Part shown: positions 60,619 through 64,000 of the stretch, piece after piece
Layout of the letters: each line of letters opens with the position of its first letter
How positions within the stretch are numbered: the first letter of the stretch is position 1
NCBI RefSeq assembly: GCF_000150275.1
Contig: NW_002060946.1
Location: 96,678-160,677 of the forward strand
Reading direction: 5' to 3'
DNA: 64,000 nucleotides
Source of the DNA: Trichoplax adhaerens
Taxonomy: Eukaryota > Animalia > Placozoa
Position numbers and translations under genes: made by a program
The notes under the pieces: model-generated
The model's input: the letters and a program-made list of their open reading frames with translations, nothing else
The model's database searches: none
What the model was told of the DNA's origin: nothing

Positions 60619-63600
60619 ATGGATGCAACCAAGTCAGAAGATGAAGATAAACGAGAACCCTCCAAGGTGCAAGTAAGCCTCCAGTTTTTTTATTTATCGT
60701 ACAGTTAGTACTGTCCATAGGACTATTTCTCTCAGATTAACATGTTGAGTGTTGCACAATAAAAACAGTCAGACGAGTGCTGATAAAATTAGACCAATAA
60801 ATCGATGCTGATAAGAATTAATTTTACTATATTATCATTGATAATTAATGAATGAATGGATGAATAGATGGCATGTTTGTCCAACTGCTGAACTGAATGC
60901 CATCTACATGGATTCAGCTAGTATGGAGCTATTATTAACTCTTTCACTTCGATTGATTATATTATACGCGTATATTGTTTAATTATCAATGTAGCTACGG
61001 TTCGACAACTTGCATACCTTGATGACAGCTTCAGTTAAAATACTTGTTCACGTCGGATAGTAGCATAGCTAATCCTTGGTCCAATGGCATATTATAAATC
61101 GTACTGAACTAAGTGGATTGCTTGAAATTCGTAATTTGAAGTCTTGGGAAAGATTGCTTACTGTTCAGTAGAATTACTTTCGATTCTGTCACTTCAAATT
61201 TTCATTAACAACAATGATAAATTAGAATTATTCGTGCTGAGAAGTCAGATAGATGTGTGCTGAAATTGTACACTTCCACAATAGTGCATGAGTGATTAAC
61301 TTGCTTTCAAATGTTGATTAGAGACGCTTGCAACATATTAGCAGCACTGTTGACTTGCAAATGTTTACTGTAATGCGCCATACGATAAGCTGAAACAAAT
61401 ATCGCTCGGTTATACGGTTTACGGACAAGTTCAGTCATGAAATCATTCAAAGTAGTCGATCATCAAGGCTCTGCTTTGCTTTCAATTGATTTTCCGCTAT
61501 TAGGATACCTCAGGGGTGCCCGTATATCTGCATTCAATGTTGTCATTCTTACTAGTCGGATATATTTTCCTAGGATAGTAGGATGCCTTGTATTCGATCA
61601 CTTACGAAAGCGAAGATTATTTTTAATAATTTCTATTTGCATTAGCTTCATGAAATACCATCTTAATTGTACGTGAACTGGAAAAGTATTTATCATGTTG
61701 ATCTACTCTTTCATGGCAGTCATTGGCCAATTCTTATTCACTATTTTGCAAGCATGTCATTAAAATATCGTTTATCAGCATAAAACAAGCTTAGAATAGA
61801 CGAGTAGTAAGCCAGCCGACCGCTTGCTAACTAACCTCTAGTACTTTACTGCTCTGCAATACTCAGCGTTAGTCCGGTACAAACTCCATTTTTGTTAGGA
61901 AAAGGAAATACTTGCGTATTGCTACTAAATAAAGCCAATATTAATAATAATGATTGACTTTTTTGAATTAATATAATTGATTTGAATTCAATCTAGGTTC
62001 TGTCAGCTGGAGCTGTTCCTTTTGTTCCATCCTATTTTTTAAATAAACAAGAAGATAACCTAGTTGCAGATAAATTGACATCATCTAGCAAGCATGCCCA
62101 ATTGCAGAACAAAAAAAACATTCATCGCAGAAATAAGGCATCAGGCTATGCTGCCAATTACTATCCTAACATGCCATCTCCAGTGCGGACCAATAATAGT
62201 TTGCCACTACCCGGAATGCCGGGTAGTAGTAATAACTTGACGCCTTGCGATCAATATCTTCCGATAGATTATTGCCCTTTTATTCCGATACCTTATCAAT
62301 ACCCACCTAATACAATTTCTGATAATTACCTTATGAATCACAGAGGATATTATCCCATACCCGGAAATTATAACCAAAAGAAGAAACCTTTTCAGCGTCA
62401 CAGTAATCCTGATGTGAAACATGATACCCATGAAAAAGATACTAAAGTTCAATCCAATGAAAAGGAAGTCAGCCAAGTTAACAATGATACTAATACTGTT
62501 GACACCACTAGCAACCGTAATAACAATAATGCTAATCAAAATGAGAAAAAGATTACTCCATTAGCTGGTAACTCTGCTGATTTATTACAAGAAACGAAAA
62601 AGTCGAAAAGGAAGAAAAAGAAAAAAAACACACCTGCTAATGACAAAGTTTTGTCTACCGCCACCGCATCCGATAACTCCCATCAAGGTAAATTTAGTCA
62701 TAAATGATAGCTAAAACTATCGCTTCATTTTGCAATTTGATATCTCTGTATTTAATTCTTGATAGCTTCTGCTCTAATTAAGGCTTGCACTTTAATTGCA
62801 ATCAAATTACGTAAGGGTCCGATATTGACATTCATAGATTAATTTTTTTACTTAGAAATTCCAATATCAAATGACAAAAATCAGCAGACACAAGATGCAA
62901 TTTCAGTACAAACACCCAGCTCGATACTAGACGTAGTTTCAATGAAAACACTAAATCCGTCAAGTTTAGAACAATCTGAAATAGAAGATTTTCCTCAACT
63001 TAAAATCAATTCAGAATCCAATGTAAATACATCAACAGTAAAATCCTATAGTCAAGTTCTACAGATGCCTCCTTCGAAACAGGTAAAATTCTAAAGTCAC
63101 CATTTTGTAGAATCAGAATATGTGAAATTAATTATTTCGATGGCAATAGCAAAACTGATCTTACTACTTATGTGTTGATATAAAAGTTTTTTACGTATCT
63201 GCATTAACTACGTTAGAGTGATACGAAAACTATCCCCCAAGATAATGACAATGATATAAACCGGAAGGATCTAAATAGCTCTAGTACTAGTGATAACGAT
63301 CACAAAGATGATTCCAATCAAGATCAGGAAACAAAATCAAAAAAGAAAAAAAAGAAAAAGAAGAAGAAAGCTAACCAAGGTGCTAAAGCAATTGACCGAA
63401 AGACAACCTTTAACATAGGTGAAATAATATCTCAATCTCAACAACGCCAGGTAACAAATTACTTTAAAAATAAGTTATATAGATATTTATGACGTATGCA
63501 TATATTAGTAACTGATAGAGACGATAATTCGATAACGTGGTTTATCAATAGTTGAATACTCGCAATATTGTATGTGTAGGTATGTAAATAATGTAATTTT

Positions 63601-63780
63601 AATGCGGTTGATTTTCATTTAATATTTAAGACTACTAGTAATAACAAAGAAAAAGTGAAGAATACAAAGAAAGGTATAACTATCAGCATCGGCATTAGTA
63701 ATCCAGGTATATACGTCCACAAAAAAAATGAAGATAGTCAGCGATCGCTATTGCCTAGCCAATCTGATAAGAAAGTTAAG
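60619..63780 (+). CDS. SECISBP2: Probable SECIS-binding protein 2 / SBP2-like, N-terminal part (gene continues past window end)
   Basis: Exons 60619-60672 (context gccaagATGG; donor GTAAG), 61997-62687, 62856-63082, 63217-63450, 63631-63780. N-terminal LSAGAVPFVP resembles the SBP2/SBP2L LSAxVxPFxP motif; EDFPQL, SYSQVL, Lys tracts and TFNIGEII resemble the SBP2 N-terminal region. The diagnostic SID/L7Ae domains are not in the window, so the name is tentative. Confidence 0.55.
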
Positions 63781-64000
63781 GTATAAACTACGTAAAAATC
63801 GTTGTTTTACAAGGCCCCATAACATGATGCCAACTACAGTAGCTGCTATGTGCTCTTTCGAATTGATAGTAATTATAACATAATTGTATGTATTACAACT
63901 TAGATAATCAAATTAGCGTAGCATTAATCAATAAAAGAATTATACCTTCCTCATTGTGATTAACAACAGTAAAAGTGATAAAAGGACTAAACGGCTTGTA

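Noticed and set aside
62207-62539. Antisense hydrophobic ORF (likewise 16942-17196, 28183-28500, 33572-33766, 47340-47552)
   Set aside because: Shadow frames opposite real coding exons.

Overview
Eukaryotic, AT-rich, intron-containing genomic DNA (short GT-AG introns) with one 50-N assembly gap. The style (compact introns, divergent class A GPCRs, metazoan housekeeping genes) suggests an early-branching animal such as a placozoan (Trichoplax-like); this is inference. Spliced models built by hand: (1) 5' end of an unidentified minus-strand gene at the left edge; (2,3) two convergent paralogous two-exon rhodopsin-class GPCRs; (4) a 20-exon DPP8/DPP9 dipeptidyl peptidase with intact catalytic motifs; (5) a 7-exon, ~945-aa DSTYK-like protein joining a dynamin-like G domain, a helical region with a hydrophobic segment, and a kinase fold, with both enzymatic domains apparently degenerate (the most interesting object here); (6) an intronless LGR-type 7TM receptor without an LRR ectodomain; (7) HYPK, head-to-head with (8) a probable SECISBP2/SBP2L gene running off the right edge. 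Non-coding structure includes a ~1.78-kb near-identical direct duplication flanking GPCR exon 1 with a swapped ~160-bp core, a ~200-bp tandem repeat upstream of DPP8/9, and TACAGT/ACTGTA-rich clusters beside the putative housekeeping promoters. Most short ORFs in the supplied track are spurious or exon read-throughs.
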